Counted from the stretch's first letter, positions 14,456 through 24,348 are shown. The stretch is 32,000 nt of DNA from Cereibacter sphaeroides 2.4.1 (GCF_000012905.2 NC_007493.2:3060001-3092000), one strand, 5' to 3'. The notes: generated by a model from the sequence alone, not told the origin. Made by a program: numbers and translations.

Positions 14456-15853
14456 ATGACGATCTCTTCTTCGCTCAATGCGGGGGTGGCGGGACTCAAT
14501 GCCAACGCCACCAAGCTCGCGACCATTGCCGACAATATCGCCAATTCCGGCACCTATGGGTACAAGCGCGCCGATGCCGATTTCGAGAGCATGGTCATCA
14601 CGCAGTCGGCCAATGGCGGCTCCTACGCCGCGGGCGGGGTGCGGGCCAACACCATACGGCGGGTGGAGGAATGGGGCGCCCCCGTCTCGACCGCGAGCGC
14701 CCTGGATATCGCCATCTCCGGCCGCGGGATGCTGCCCGTGATCCGCGAAACCTCCCTCGGCGCCAGTTCGGGCAATGAGGCGCTGCTGATGACGCGGACC
14801 GGCTCCTTCGCCACCGATCCGAGCGGTGTGCTGAAGACGGACACCGGCCTCGTGCTCCTGGGCTGGCCTGCGACGGCCGACGGCACGATCCCCACCATGT
14901 CGCGCGATTCCATTGCCCAGCTCGAGCCGGTCGTGATCGCCGCGAACCAGACCGCGGCGGATCCCACCACGCGGATCAACCTCGGCGTCAACCTTCCGGC
15001 CGAAGAGACCAAGTACGGCGCGTCCGGTCGCGTTCTGACGGTCTCGGTGGAGTATTTCGGCAACCTCGGCACGTCGGAAACCCTGTCGGTCAGCTACCAT
15101 CCGACGCTGCCGGCGGCCGCGGGAGACCCGCCGACGAACAACTGGACGATGGTCATCCGGGATTCCGCCAATGCCGACAAGGTCATCGGCATCTATACGA
15201 TGCAATTCAGCGATGCCCGCAGCGGCGGCGGCACGATCCTTGACGATACCGCCATCACCCCGCTCAACACGGTGACGCTCGACGGCACCACCTACACGGT
15301 CGAGAATGCGGGCTCGACGCCCCCGGACAGCAGCCCGGCCTACGATCCGCTGACGGGCGGCATCGTTCTGGAAGTGGCGGGGAATGCGGACAATAAGATC
15401 GCGATGACCTTGGGCAAGCCCGGCAGCGCGAACGCCATGACGCAGGTTTCAGGCGATTTCGCCCAGACCGGGATCACCAAGGATGGCTCGCCGGTGGGCA
15501 ACCTCACGGGGGTCGAGATCGACGACGGCGGCTTCATGCGCGCCACCTACGACACGGGGTTCACCCGCGTGATCTACCAGGTGCCGCTGGTCGACGTGCC
15601 GAACTACAACGGGCTCACCGCCCTGAACAACCAGACCTTCGCGATCTCGCCGGATTCAGGCAATTTCTACCTCTGGGACGCCGGCGATGGGCCCACGGGC
15701 GACGTTCTGGGCTATGCGCGCGAGGGATCCACCACTGATGTCGCGACCGAGCTCACCAACCTCATCCAGACCCAGCGCGCCTATTCCTCGAATGCCAAGA
15801 TCATCCAGACGGTGGATGAGATGCTGCAGGAAACCACCAATCTCAAGCGCTGA
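14456..15853 (+). CDS. flgE: Flagellar hook protein FlgE
   Basis: N-terminus MTISSSLNAGVAGLNANATKLATIADNIANSGTYGYK and C-terminus TNLIQTQRAYSSNAKIIQTVDEMLQETTNL are canonical axial-protein termini of FlgE. Confidence 0.95.
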   Translation: MTISSSLNAGVAGLNANATKLATIADNIANSGTYGYKRADADFESMVITQSANGGSYAAGGVRANTIRRVEEWGAPVSTASALDIAISGRGMLPVIRETSLGASSGNEALLMTRTGSFATDPSGVLKTDTGLVLLGWPATADGTIPTMSRDSIAQLEPVVIAANQTAADPTTRINLGVNLPAEETKYGASGRVLTVSVEYFGNLGTSETLSVSYHPTLPAAAGDPPTNNWTMVIRDSANADKVIGIYTMQFSDARSGGGTILDDTAITPLNTVTLDGTTYTVENAGSTPPDSSPAYDPLTGGIVLEVAGNADNKIAMTLGKPGSANAMTQVSGDFAQTGITKDGSPVGNLTGVEIDDGGFMRATYDTGFTRVIYQVPLVDVPNYNGLTALNNQTFAISPDSGNFYLWDAGDGPTGDVLGYAREGSTTDVATELTNLIQTQRAYSSNAKIIQTVDEMLQETTNLKR

Positions 15854-15865
15854 GGGGGCTGAGAC

Positions 15866-17311
15866 ATGAGCATCACCGGCGCCCTGTCGAACGCTCTCTC
15901 GGGGCTGAACGTCACCTCCCGCAGTATCGAGAACAGCTCGAACAATGTCGCGAATGCGCTGACCGAAGGGTTTGCCCGGCGCGAGCTGGAGGTCACGGCC
16001 CGCTCCTACGGAGGCGGCGGGCAGGGTGTCCGCACGGTGGGCATCGACCGGATGGTGAACATGGCGCTGGTCGCCGACCGCCGCCTCGCGGATGCCGCCA
16101 CCGGCGATCGGGACACCCGCGCCGCCTTCTACCAGGCGCTGGCTGATGCCACCGGCGACACGGGCGGCGGCTCGCTCCTCGCCCGGATCTCGGCCTTTTC
16201 CGCCTCGCTGGTCACGGCCGCAAGCAGGCCCGAGTCGCAAGCCCGGTTACAGGATGTCTTGGATAAGGCTCAATCCTTGGCCGCCGGCCTGAGAGCTGCC
16301 TCCGACGCCGTGCTGGAGGCCCGGCGCGCGGCCGATGCCTCCATTGCCGATCAGATCAAGACCCTGACGGCCACCTTGGCGCGGGTGCAGCAGATGAATG
16401 CGACCATCACCGAGATGCGCGTCAACGGGCGGGACAGTTCCGCCGTCGAGGATGAGCGGCAGAGGCTCGTGGATGGGATCTCGACCATCGTGCCGGTGCG
16501 CGAGGTCACTCGCCAGAACGGCCAGATCGCGCTTTTCACCGCCGGCGGGGCAGCTCTCCTTGATGGACGGGTCGCCGACATCGCCTTCGAACCGGAGCCG
16601 GGTCTGGTGGCGGCTTCTTCGGTCGCGGCGGGTGACCTCGGTCTCCTCAAAGTGAACGGATTGCCTCTTGATCTGGCCGGGGATGGGGGGATGATGGGCA
16701 CCGGATCGCTTTCGGCAGCTTTCGCTGTCCGTGACGACCTCGCACCGGCCGAGCAGGCGCGCCTCGACGCGCTGGCGCAGGATCTGATCGGGCGGATGGC
16801 CGCCGCCGATGCCTCGCTCGGGGCGGGCGACGCCGGGATCTTCACCGACGACAGCGCGGCCTTCGATCCCGCCGCTCCGGCAGGGCTTGCCGGTCGCCTG
16901 TCCGTCAATGCGCTGGCCGATCCCGACCGCGGCGGAGCGCTCTGGCATCTGCGTGACGGCCTGCAGCGCCCGTCCGAAGGCGACAGCGGCGATCCGACGC
17001 TTCTCAACGCCCTCGCCGCGGCCCTCGACGCCCGCACCGCTCACGCCGCGAACGGCCTCAGCGGTACTTTCAGCTTCTCGGGGCTTGCCGCGGAGACCGT
17101 CTCTGGCGCCGCCGTCGCGCTCGTCTCGGCCGAAGCCGAGGCGAGCTTCGCGTCCGCCCGGCGCGACGAACTGCAGGCGCTGATCCTGGCCGACGGCGTG
17201 GATACCGACCGGGAGATGGAGCAACTGCTGCTTCTCGAACGCGCCTATGCCGCCAACGCGAAGGTGGTGACCGCCTGCGATGACCTCCTTCAATATCTGC
17301 TGGAGATGTAG
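15866..17311 (+). CDS. flgK: Flagellar hook-associated protein 1 FlgK
   Basis: MSITGALSNALSGLNVTSRSIENSSNNVANALTEGF... plus C-terminal EMEQLLLLERAYAANAKVVTACDDLLQYLL. It follows flgE by 12 nt. Confidence 0.9.
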   Translation: MSITGALSNALSGLNVTSRSIENSSNNVANALTEGFARRELEVTARSYGGGGQGVRTVGIDRMVNMALVADRRLADAATGDRDTRAAFYQALADATGDTGGGSLLARISAFSASLVTAASRPESQARLQDVLDKAQSLAAGLRAASDAVLEARRAADASIADQIKTLTATLARVQQMNATITEMRVNGRDSSAVEDERQRLVDGISTIVPVREVTRQNGQIALFTAGGAALLDGRVADIAFEPEPGLVAASSVAAGDLGLLKVNGLPLDLAGDGGMMGTGSLSAAFAVRDDLAPAEQARLDALAQDLIGRMAAADASLGAGDAGIFTDDSAAFDPAAPAGLAGRLSVNALADPDRGGALWHLRDGLQRPSEGDSGDPTLLNALAAALDARTAHAANGLSGTFSFSGLAAETVSGAAVALVSAEAEASFASARRDELQALILADGVDTDREMEQLLLLERAYAANAKVVTACDDLLQYLLEM

Positions 17312-18313
17312 ATGAGCGCCGTGTCCCTGGGTGATCTCGCCCGCACTTTCCTGCTCCGGCGGCAGAACGCGGCTCTGAAAGCGGATGTCCAGCGACTCTC
17401 GACCGAGGTCGTGACGGGGGTGGCCGCGGATGTGCACCAAAAGACAGGCGGCGATCTTTCCGCCCTGCAGGCAATCGACGGAAGCCTGACGGTTCTTGCC
17501 GCACGCGCTTCGGCCACCGGAGAAGCCGCTTCGATCGCCTCCGCTCTTCAGACGGGTCTTGCCCGGCTCGACGGTCTTGCGTCGGACATGTCCATGAAGC
17601 TCCTGAGTGTCGGGAACAACGCCACTGCGATGACGACGGACCAGTTGGGGGAGGAGGCCGAGGAAGCCTTTCGTACGGCGGTCGCCACGCTCAACACGCG
17701 GGTGGGCGACCGGTCGATCTTCGCAGGCACGAGGCCTCAACAAGCGGCGGTGCTCGATGCGGACACCATTCTGACCGCTCTCGACACCGTCATCGCCGGT
17801 GCGACTACGGCTGCGGATGTGCAGACGGCCATCGAGGCCTGGTTCGACGATCCGAGTGGCTATTCCGCTCTCGCCTACACCGGTGGAGGCCGCCCGGCAT
17901 CTGTCACGATTGCGACCGGGGAGACTGTCGCCCTTGAGGTGACGGCCGACAGCAGTGCCATCCGCGACTCCCTCAAAGGGCTTGCGCTGGCCGCCATGCT
18001 GAACCGCGGCGCCCTCTCAGGCGCGCCGTCGGAGCGCGTCAGTCTGGGCGAACGGGCAGGCAGCGCCCTTCTCCAAGGGCAGACAGCGCGCGTCGACCTC
18101 GGGGCCAGGCTCGGGCGGGCAGAGGCCAGGATACACAGCGCGACGATCTCGAACGCGGCCGAGGTTACGTCCCTCCAGATGGCCCGGAAGGAGCTGCTGG
18201 GGACGGATGAATATGAGACGGCCACCCTGCTGAAGGCGACCCAGGCGCAACTGGAGACACTCTACAACTTGACTGTCCGGCTCAGTCAGATGAGTCTCAC
18301 GGACTACCTTTGA
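17312..18313 (+). CDS. flgL: Flagellar hook-associated protein 3 FlgL (alpha-proteobacterial type)
   Basis: It starts immediately after the flgK stop (TAGATG). Its position between flgK and flgI and its flagellin-like termini (LLRRQNAALKADVQRLSTEVVTG ... LLKATQAQLETLYNLTVRLSQMSLTDYL) support the call. Confidence 0.75.
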   Translation: MSAVSLGDLARTFLLRRQNAALKADVQRLSTEVVTGVAADVHQKTGGDLSALQAIDGSLTVLAARASATGEAASIASALQTGLARLDGLASDMSMKLLSVGNNATAMTTDQLGEEAEEAFRTAVATLNTRVGDRSIFAGTRPQQAAVLDADTILTALDTVIAGATTAADVQTAIEAWFDDPSGYSALAYTGGGRPASVTIATGETVALEVTADSSAIRDSLKGLALAAMLNRGALSGAPSERVSLGERAGSALLQGQTARVDLGARLGRAEARIHSATISNAAEVTSLQMARKELLGTDEYETATLLKATQAQLETLYNLTVRLSQMSLTDYL

Positions 18314-19404
18314 TGCTCATTCGTCTTCTCCTCCTGGTGATCTGCCTGGCGGGTCCGGGCGTTGCGGAGGAAATCCGCATCAAGGACCTCGTACGATTCG
18401 ACGGTGTCCGGGGTAACGACCTTTTGGGCTACGGCCTTGTCGTCGGCCTCAACGGCACGGGCGACGGCTTACGCAACGCGCCCTTCACCGAAGACATCAT
18501 GTCCAATCTGCTCGAGCGGCTGGGCGTGAACGTGACAGGCGAGCAGTATCGGCCGAAAAACGTGGCGGCAGTGTTCGTTACGGCCACGCTGCCCCCCTTT
18601 GCCCGGGCCGGGGCACAGATCGATGTGACCGTTTCGGCGATGGGCGATGCGAAGAGCCTGCTGGGCGGGACGTTGGTGATGACGCCATTGAACGGCGCGG
18701 ATGGTCAGATATATGCGGTGGCACAAGGAACAATCATTGCGGGCGGAGTCTCGGCCGAGGGGCAGGCCGCGCGCGTGGTTCAGGGGGTGCCCACGGCAGG
18801 CACCATTCCTGAAGGCGCCCGAGTGGAACGTGAGGTCGAATTCGAGTTTGCGCGCCTCGACAGGGTTCGTCTGGCGCTGCGATCACCCGACTTCACCACC
18901 GCCGGACGTATCGAGGATCGGATCAATCGCGAGCTTGGCCGGGGCGTGGCAACCATGCTCGATGCAGGGACGGTCTCCCTCGACCTCGGAAGGCTGGGCC
19001 CGCCGGCCCGGGTCATGGGCCGGATCGAGAATCTCGAGGTCGTACCGGAGACGGTGGCGCGGGTTGTGGTGGACCAGCGATCCGGCACGATCGTGATGGG
19101 CGAGGACGTCCGGATCAGCCGGGTCGCGGTGGCGCAAGGCGGCCTGACGCTTCGCGTGGAAGAACAGCCGATGGTGGTTCAGCCCAACCCCTTCAGCCGG
19201 GGGGAGACGGTGGTCGTTCCGCGCACGACAGCCTCGATCCAGCAAAGACCCGGGACCGGCCTCGCCGAAATACCGGCAGAGACCTCGCTTTCACGTGTCG
19301 TGGCGGGCCTCAACGCGCTGGGCGTGGCGCCCAACGACATGATCGATATCCTCAAGAGCATCCATGCCGCCGGGGCGCTTCATGCAGAATTCATCGTGAG
19401 ATGA
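18313..19404 (+). CDS. flgI: Flagellar P-ring protein FlgI
   Basis: Signal peptide MLIRLLLLVICLAGPGVA, then IRIKDLVRFDGVRGNDLLGYGLVVGLNGTGD and C-terminal LNALGVAPNDMIDILKSIHAAGALHAEFIV. The ATG overlaps the flgL stop (TGATG). Confidence 0.95.
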   Translation: MLIRLLLLVICLAGPGVAEEIRIKDLVRFDGVRGNDLLGYGLVVGLNGTGDGLRNAPFTEDIMSNLLERLGVNVTGEQYRPKNVAAVFVTATLPPFARAGAQIDVTVSAMGDAKSLLGGTLVMTPLNGADGQIYAVAQGTIIAGGVSAEGQAARVVQGVPTAGTIPEGARVEREVEFEFARLDRVRLALRSPDFTTAGRIEDRINRELGRGVATMLDAGTVSLDLGRLGPPARVMGRIENLEVVPETVARVVVDQRSGTIVMGEDVRISRVAVAQGGLTLRVEEQPMVVQPNPFSRGETVVVPRTTASIQQRPGTGLAEIPAETSLSRVVAGLNALGVAPNDMIDILKSIHAAGALHAEFIVR

Positions 19405-22229
19405 GGGCGCCTGCCGACCAATCGGGCCACCCCGTCCAGCAGGGCCTCATCGCCGAACGGCTTGGCGAGCACGGCGACCCGGGGCCGGAACTCCTCATCC
19501 GGCACCCGGCTGTCGCCCGTGGCGAAGAGGATCGGCAGATCGGGGTGGAGCGCGCGGGCCGCCCGGGCCAGGTCCACGCCGCTCATGTCGGGCAGGCCCA
19601 GATCGACCAGCAGCAGATCGGCCGCACCGTGCTGCAGTACGCTCAGGGCGGCCTCGCCGGAGCCGGCCTGCGAGACCCGGCACCCCGCCTCCGTCAGACC
19701 TTCGACAAGGTTCATCCGGATGATGACATCATCCTCGCAGACGAGGACATGGATATTCTTCAAACCGTCTTCCTCGGGAGGGCCGCTCGCACCGCTGACA
19801 AGAACCTCCCGGATCTTCCGGGCCAGAGCTTCCTGCGTATAGGGCTTGCTGAGCAGATGCACGCCGCTGTCGAGCCGTCCGCCGTGAACGATGGAGTTCT
19901 GCGTGTAGCCCGAGGTGAAGAGCACCGGCAGTCCCGGGCGCAAGCCGCGCGTCTTCTCCGCGAGCTGACGGCTCGTCAACTTGCCCGGCATGACCACGTC
20001 GGTGAAGAGAAGGTCGATCCGTGCACCGCTTTCCACGATCGTGAGCGCGCGGTCCGCGTCCTTGGCCTGCAGAACCGAATAGCCGAGATCCTGCAGCAGG
20101 CCCGCCGCGGTGGATCGCACCTGCTCGTCATCCTCCACCAGCAGGATGGTCTCGGTTCCTCCCGTCATGGGGCCGGTGGCGAGGGGTCGCATTGCGTCCT
20201 CGGCCTCCAGCGACCGGGGAAGATAGATCTTGATGGAGGTTCCGTTGCCGAGCTCGCTGTAGATCTTGACGTGGCCGCCCGACTGTTTGACGAACCCGTA
20301 GACCATGGACATGCCGAGTCCTGTGCCGCGCCCTTCCGCCTTGGTGGTGAAGAACGGCTCGAACACGCGCTCGATCACCTCCGGGGACATGCCGCAGCCC
20401 GTATCGGTCACGGCAAGCATCACATACTGGCCCGGCTCGAGGTCGGGATGGCCGCGCGTATAGATGTCGTCCAGGAAGGAGTTCCCGATCTCGATGGTGA
20501 GACGCCCGCGCCCCTCCATCGCGTCCCGGGCATTGATTGCGAGATTGAGGATCGCGGTCTCGACGTTGGCGGGGTCGACGCAGGTGTTCCAGAGCCCGCC
20601 AGCCACCAGAGTCTCGACCTCGACCCCCTCGCCCACGGCGCTCCGGACGATGTGGTCCGCGTCGCGCAGCAGACGTCCCAGGTTGATGACCCGAGGCGCA
20701 AGGGGCTGCCTGCGTCCGAAGGCCAGCAGCTGTGACGCGAGCGTCGCCCCGCGCTCGACCGCGCGAAGAGCCTGGTCGAGACGCGGGCGCGCGGCGTGAT
20801 CCTCGTCAAGAGCGCGAAGAGAGAGCTGGATACTGCCCGTGATCGTCTGCAGGAGATTGTTGAAATCATGCGCGATTCCGCCCGCCAGATTTCCGATCGC
20901 CTCCATCTTCTGGCTCTGGCGCAACGTATCGCTCATTTCTTCGAGCTCACGGTTGCGCTGCTGCACCCGCTCCTCCAGCGCAGCATTCAGACCCGCGATG
21001 GCTTCCTCGGCAACCTTGCGATCCTCGATATCCGTGTTGGTCCCGATCCAGCGCAGGATCCGGCCCTGATCGTCGCGGATCGGCAGGGCGCGCGACAGAT
21101 GCCAGCGATCGGCGCGGTCGTGGCGCCGGATCCGCAGCTCGCGCTCGAAGGCGGTTCCCTGGGCCAGCGATTGCACCCAGGCCGCTTCCGCCTGCGGCCT
21201 GTCTTCCGGCCGGACGATCGCCATGGGCGGCAGGCCGATCAGGTCGGCTTCGGTGCGTCCGCAATAGTCGAGGAGCCGGTCGTTCAGCCAGTCGAGCCGC
21301 CCTTCGGGCGTGGCCGTCCAGACGTGGTTGGGCATGGTCTGGGCCATGGTCCGGAACCGCTCGCGCGTCTCGATCACCTCGGCCTCGGCAATCTTCTGGC
21401 GCGTCACGTCATGTCCCTCGACGAAGACGCCGCGCACCTGTCCGTCGGGTCCCCTCAGCGGGCACATGATGAAATCGACGAAACTGCGCTCGATCTCGGG
21501 GCCGCGCCGGAGCAGCACGGGCGCCGCCAGCCGGGTGAATGCGAGCCCCGTCAGGAAGACCTCGTCGAGGAGTTCGAAGAAGCCCTGGCCGTCGAGTTCG
21601 GGCAGCGCCTCGCGGACCGTGCGGTTCAGCAGGTCTCGGCGGCCGACGAGCTGGTGGTAGGCCTGGTTCACGATGCGGAAGATATGGTCGCGCCCGTCGA
21701 GCACGGCCATGAAGCTCGGCGCCTGGTCGATCGCGCTGCGAAAGAAGTCGACCGCGCTGCCGAGTTCGAGATTCTGACGCGTGACCGCTTCGGCCCGCTG
21801 GAGCATCCTGGCCTGATCGTTCGGTTGGGAAGAGGTCCGATCCTCACGATACAGCGCCGTGATGTCGTTGGTGTTCTGAAGGATGAACTCGACGTGGCCC
21901 TCGGCATCCTTGATGGGCGTATTGGTCGCGCTCCAGAACCGCTCCTCCATCCGGCCGTCCTGATTGCGGATCGGATAGGGAATCAGCGGCAAATGGTCCG
22001 GTCGGCCCTGCTCGACCGCGCGGCGCAAGGAGGCGCGCAGCATCTGGTCCGGGATGGACTCGGCCTCTGCGGGGAAGACGTCGAACATGCGGCGCCCGAC
22101 AACCTCGTCGCGCGCCAGACCCGTGGCGCGCAGGTAGGCGGCATTGGCCCAGATCATCGTGAGATCCCGGTCAAGAAGGACGTAGGGCGATGGGTCTTCG
22201 GCAAATATCTTGTCGAGGGCGACGAGCAT
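19380..22229 (-). CDS. Hybrid sensor histidine kinase: three PAS domains, HisKA, HATPase and two receiver domains; 949 aa
   Basis: H-box AGGIAHDFNNLLQTI, N-box LNLAINARDAM, G-boxes DTGCGM and GTGLGMSMV. REC1 is ILLVEDDEQV...DLLFTDVVMPG and REC2 is VLVCEDDVII...DLLLVDLGLPDMSG. An AAGGAG Shine-Dalgarno sequence precedes the ATG at 22229. Confidence 0.9.
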   Translation of the reverse strand: MLVALDKIFAEDPSPYVLLDRDLTMIWANAAYLRATGLARDEVVGRRMFDVFPAEAESIPDQMLRASLRRAVEQGRPDHLPLIPYPIRNQDGRMEERFWSATNTPIKDAEGHVEFILQNTNDITALYREDRTSSQPNDQARMLQRAEAVTRQNLELGSAVDFFRSAIDQAPSFMAVLDGRDHIFRIVNQAYHQLVGRRDLLNRTVREALPELDGQGFFELLDEVFLTGLAFTRLAAPVLLRRGPEIERSFVDFIMCPLRGPDGQVRGVFVEGHDVTRQKIAEAEVIETRERFRTMAQTMPNHVWTATPEGRLDWLNDRLLDYCGRTEADLIGLPPMAIVRPEDRPQAEAAWVQSLAQGTAFERELRIRRHDRADRWHLSRALPIRDDQGRILRWIGTNTDIEDRKVAEEAIAGLNAALEERVQQRNRELEEMSDTLRQSQKMEAIGNLAGGIAHDFNNLLQTITGSIQLSLRALDEDHAARPRLDQALRAVERGATLASQLLAFGRRQPLAPRVINLGRLLRDADHIVRSAVGEGVEVETLVAGGLWNTCVDPANVETAILNLAINARDAMEGRGRLTIEIGNSFLDDIYTRGHPDLEPGQYVMLAVTDTGCGMSPEVIERVFEPFFTTKAEGRGTGLGMSMVYGFVKQSGGHVKIYSELGNGTSIKIYLPRSLEAEDAMRPLATGPMTGGTETILLVEDDEQVRSTAAGLLQDLGYSVLQAKDADRALTIVESGARIDLLFTDVVMPGKLTSRQLAEKTRGLRPGLPVLFTSGYTQNSIVHGGRLDSGVHLLSKPYTQEALARKIREVLVSGASGPPEEDGLKNIHVLVCEDDVIIRMNLVEGLTEAGCRVSQAGSGEAALSVLQHGAADLLLVDLGLPDMSGVDLARAARALHPDLPILFATGDSRVPDEEFRPRVAVLAKPFGDEALLDGVARLVGRRPHLTMNSA

Positions 22230-22349
22230 CGTTCGGCTCCTTCAGAATTGGCCGCAGGATGACGGGGTTGCGCGGCAGCGGCAAGGGCAGACATGCGGCA
22301 ACAGGACGCACTCTCCCCTCGGCGCGGGAGGCCGTGCTATGGTCGGCGA

Positions 22350-23375
22350 ATGAAGCGCCCTCTTCTCGATCCGGAAGAAACGCAGCCCTCGCTGTACGAT
22401 CCGACGCCCGTCGATGAGGACCTGTGGTTTGCGGGGCCCGACCTCGAGGACGATGTCTTCGCGTCTTCATTGCCGCGGGCCGAGCGAACGGATCTCCTGC
22501 GCGTGGTGGAGTGGCGGCGGGCCGAGGCGGCGCTCGCCGCCGATCTCGCGCGGGCCGCGCAGCGGCTCGGCGCCTTCGAAGAACGGTTGCGGCGCACGCC
22601 GGCCGGTGTGCGCGAGCGTCTCGCGGTGCTCGAGGCGTCCGAACTCAGCTGGTGGGCCGGCGACCGCGTGACGCCCGACCGGCTGTCGCTCTGGATGTCG
22701 CTCCGCCTGAGCGGGGCTCAGGAGGACAGTCTTGCCCTGACACGGGCCGGCTGGGCTGCGCGGCGGCTCGTCAGCGGGCCGGGCCCGGAGGCGGGACTCG
22801 CCTCCTTCCTCGGCCGGGGCGAGACGACCGAGCGTATGATGGACTGGGCCGAGATCGAGGAGGCATCGGCCGGAATGCATCCGATCAGCCGGGCGGCGAT
22901 GGGCTTCCATGGCTGGTCGCAGATCGCTGGCGGGCCCGGCAGCGCCCGGATCGAGGCCGCCGTCGTTGCGGCCCGGGCGGCCGGGACCAGTGGGCAATCG
23001 GCGGCCTTCCTGCCGCTCGCCTCGGGTGGCAGCACCGCGCTTCGGCCCGGCGGCTCGCCCGAAGAGCGCCTCCGGCGCTGGTATGCCGGGGCGGAGCGGG
23101 CCACGCTTGCGCTTCTGCGGGACCTCGACCGGCTGGAGGACTGGCGCGGGCGGGCGCTGGGCGACATTGCCAGCCTGTCCGGCCGCACGGCACCGCGGCT
23201 CATCCAGGCGCTCTGCCGCTGGCCGCTCCTGTCGGTACCGGTCGCCGAAGCGGAGACCGGCGCGTCGCGCGCGGCGGTCCAGCGCAATCTGGAGAGGCTG
23301 GCCGATCTCGGCCTGATCCGGGAGGTCACCGGGCAGGAGCGGTTCCGGCTCTGGACCGCGGCCGTTCAGAAGTAG
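22350..23375 (+). CDS. DUF1612-like protein with C-terminal winged-helix (RHE_PE00001-family-like), 341 aa
   Basis: The inner ATG MKRPLLDPEETQPSLYDP is preferred over the track start. The C-terminus PLLSVPVAEAETGASRAAVQRNLERLADLGLIREVTGQERFRLW is a Fic-associated-type wHTH. The family assignment is from memory of the DUF1612 pattern, not from a search. Confidence 0.55.
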   Translation: MKRPLLDPEETQPSLYDPTPVDEDLWFAGPDLEDDVFASSLPRAERTDLLRVVEWRRAEAALAADLARAAQRLGAFEERLRRTPAGVRERLAVLEASELSWWAGDRVTPDRLSLWMSLRLSGAQEDSLALTRAGWAARRLVSGPGPEAGLASFLGRGETTERMMDWAEIEEASAGMHPISRAAMGFHGWSQIAGGPGSARIEAAVVAARAAGTSGQSAAFLPLASGGSTALRPGGSPEERLRRWYAGAERATLALLRDLDRLEDWRGRALGDIASLSGRTAPRLIQALCRWPLLSVPVAEAETGASRAAVQRNLERLADLGLIREVTGQERFRLWTAAVQK

Positions 23376-24082
23376 CTGCGGACGAGCGCGCCCGAGATCA
23401 GGCTCCAGCCGTCGGCCACGACGAAGAAGGCCAGTTTGAAGGGCATCGAGACGACGGCCGGCGGGACCATCATCATGCCCATCGACATGAGGACGGCCGA
23501 GACGACGAGATCGATGATGAGGAAGGGCAGGTAGATCAGAAAGCCGATCTCGAAGGCGCGCTGGATCTCGGACAGTAGAAAGGACGGCACCAGCACGGAG
23601 AAGGACACCTCGGACGGCGGGGCCGCAGGGCCCGGCCGGAGGGCCTGCAGGGCGGCGAGGGTGTCCGGGTCGATCCGGCCGGTCATGAAGCCCCGGAAGG
23701 GAACGGCGGCGGCGGCGAGGGCCTGGGGCAGGTCCAGCTCGTTCCGTGTGAGCGGCCCGATCCCTCGCGTCCAGGCTTCGGTGAAGACGGGATCCATCAC
23801 ATACCAGGTCAGGAACAGCGCGAGGCTCACGATCAGCATGTTGGGCGGCGCCTGCTGCAGGCCGATGGCCTGGCGCAGGATCGACAGCACCGTCACGATG
23901 AAGGGAAAGCAGGTGATCATCATCGCCAGCGCCGGCACGAGGCTCAGGAGCGTGATGACGGCGATGAGTTGCACACTGCGCGCGGTGAGCGAGCCGCCGT
24001 CGCCGAGGTCGAGCGAGAGGCTCTGCGCCGTGGCCGGGCCGACGCCGCCGAACACGAGAAGCAGGACCAGCAGGAGGCGCAT
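23366..24082 (-). CDS. fliP: Flagellar export apparatus protein FliP
   Basis: Signal-like N-terminus, then LIAVITLLSLVPALAMMITCFPFIVTVLSILRQAIGLQQAPPNMLIVSLALFLTWYVM and C-terminal FLIYLPFLIIDLVVSAVLMSMGMMMVPP. The ATG at 24082 overlaps the fliN stop. GTG 24085 is the alternative start. Confidence 0.95.
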   Translation of the reverse strand: MRLLLVLLLVFGGVGPATAQSLSLDLGDGGSLTARSVQLIAVITLLSLVPALAMMITCFPFIVTVLSILRQAIGLQQAPPNMLIVSLALFLTWYVMDPVFTEAWTRGIGPLTRNELDLPQALAAAAVPFRGFMTGRIDPDTLAALQALRPGPAAPPSEVSFSVLVPSFLLSEIQRAFEIGFLIYLPFLIIDLVVSAVLMSMGMMMVPPAVVSMPFKLAFFVVADGWSLISGALVRSYF

Positions 24083-24348
24083 CACAATCCGCCGCGCAGG
24101 TTCGCGACCTCGGTGAGGCGGACGGCCAGCTGGCCCGCCTGCTCGCCCTCGAGCTCCGTCAGTTCGCCACGCCCGATCAACTTGTCGCCTACATAGAGCT
24201 CCACCGGATCGTCCACCCGTCGGTCGAGCGGCAGCACGGCGTCTCGCTGCAGGCGGAGCAGCTCGCGAACGGGAGGGCGGGCGCGGCCGACCGAAATGGT
24301 GATCTCGATCGGGACCTGGGTAAGGGGATTCTGGTCGGCCTCATCCAT
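24082..24348 (-). CDS. fliN: Flagellar motor switch protein FliN (SpoA domain only, 88 aa)
   Basis: VPIEITISVGRARPPVRELLRLQRDAVLPLDRRVDDPVELYVGDKLIGRGELTELEG is a typical FliN/SpoA surface-presentation domain. Confidence 0.85.
   Translation of the reverse strand: MDEADQNPLTQVPIEITISVGRARPPVRELLRLQRDAVLPLDRRVDDPVELYVGDKLIGRGELTELEGEQAGQLAVRLTEVANLRGGL

Noticed and set aside
22230-22349. GCGGCAA direct repeats and a TTGC-N9-GCAA dyad in the kinase / DUF1612 divergent region, considered as a specific operator
   Set aside because: The repeats are short and GC-rich, match no known consensus and have no second occurrence in the window. That is not enough to distinguish them from chance.
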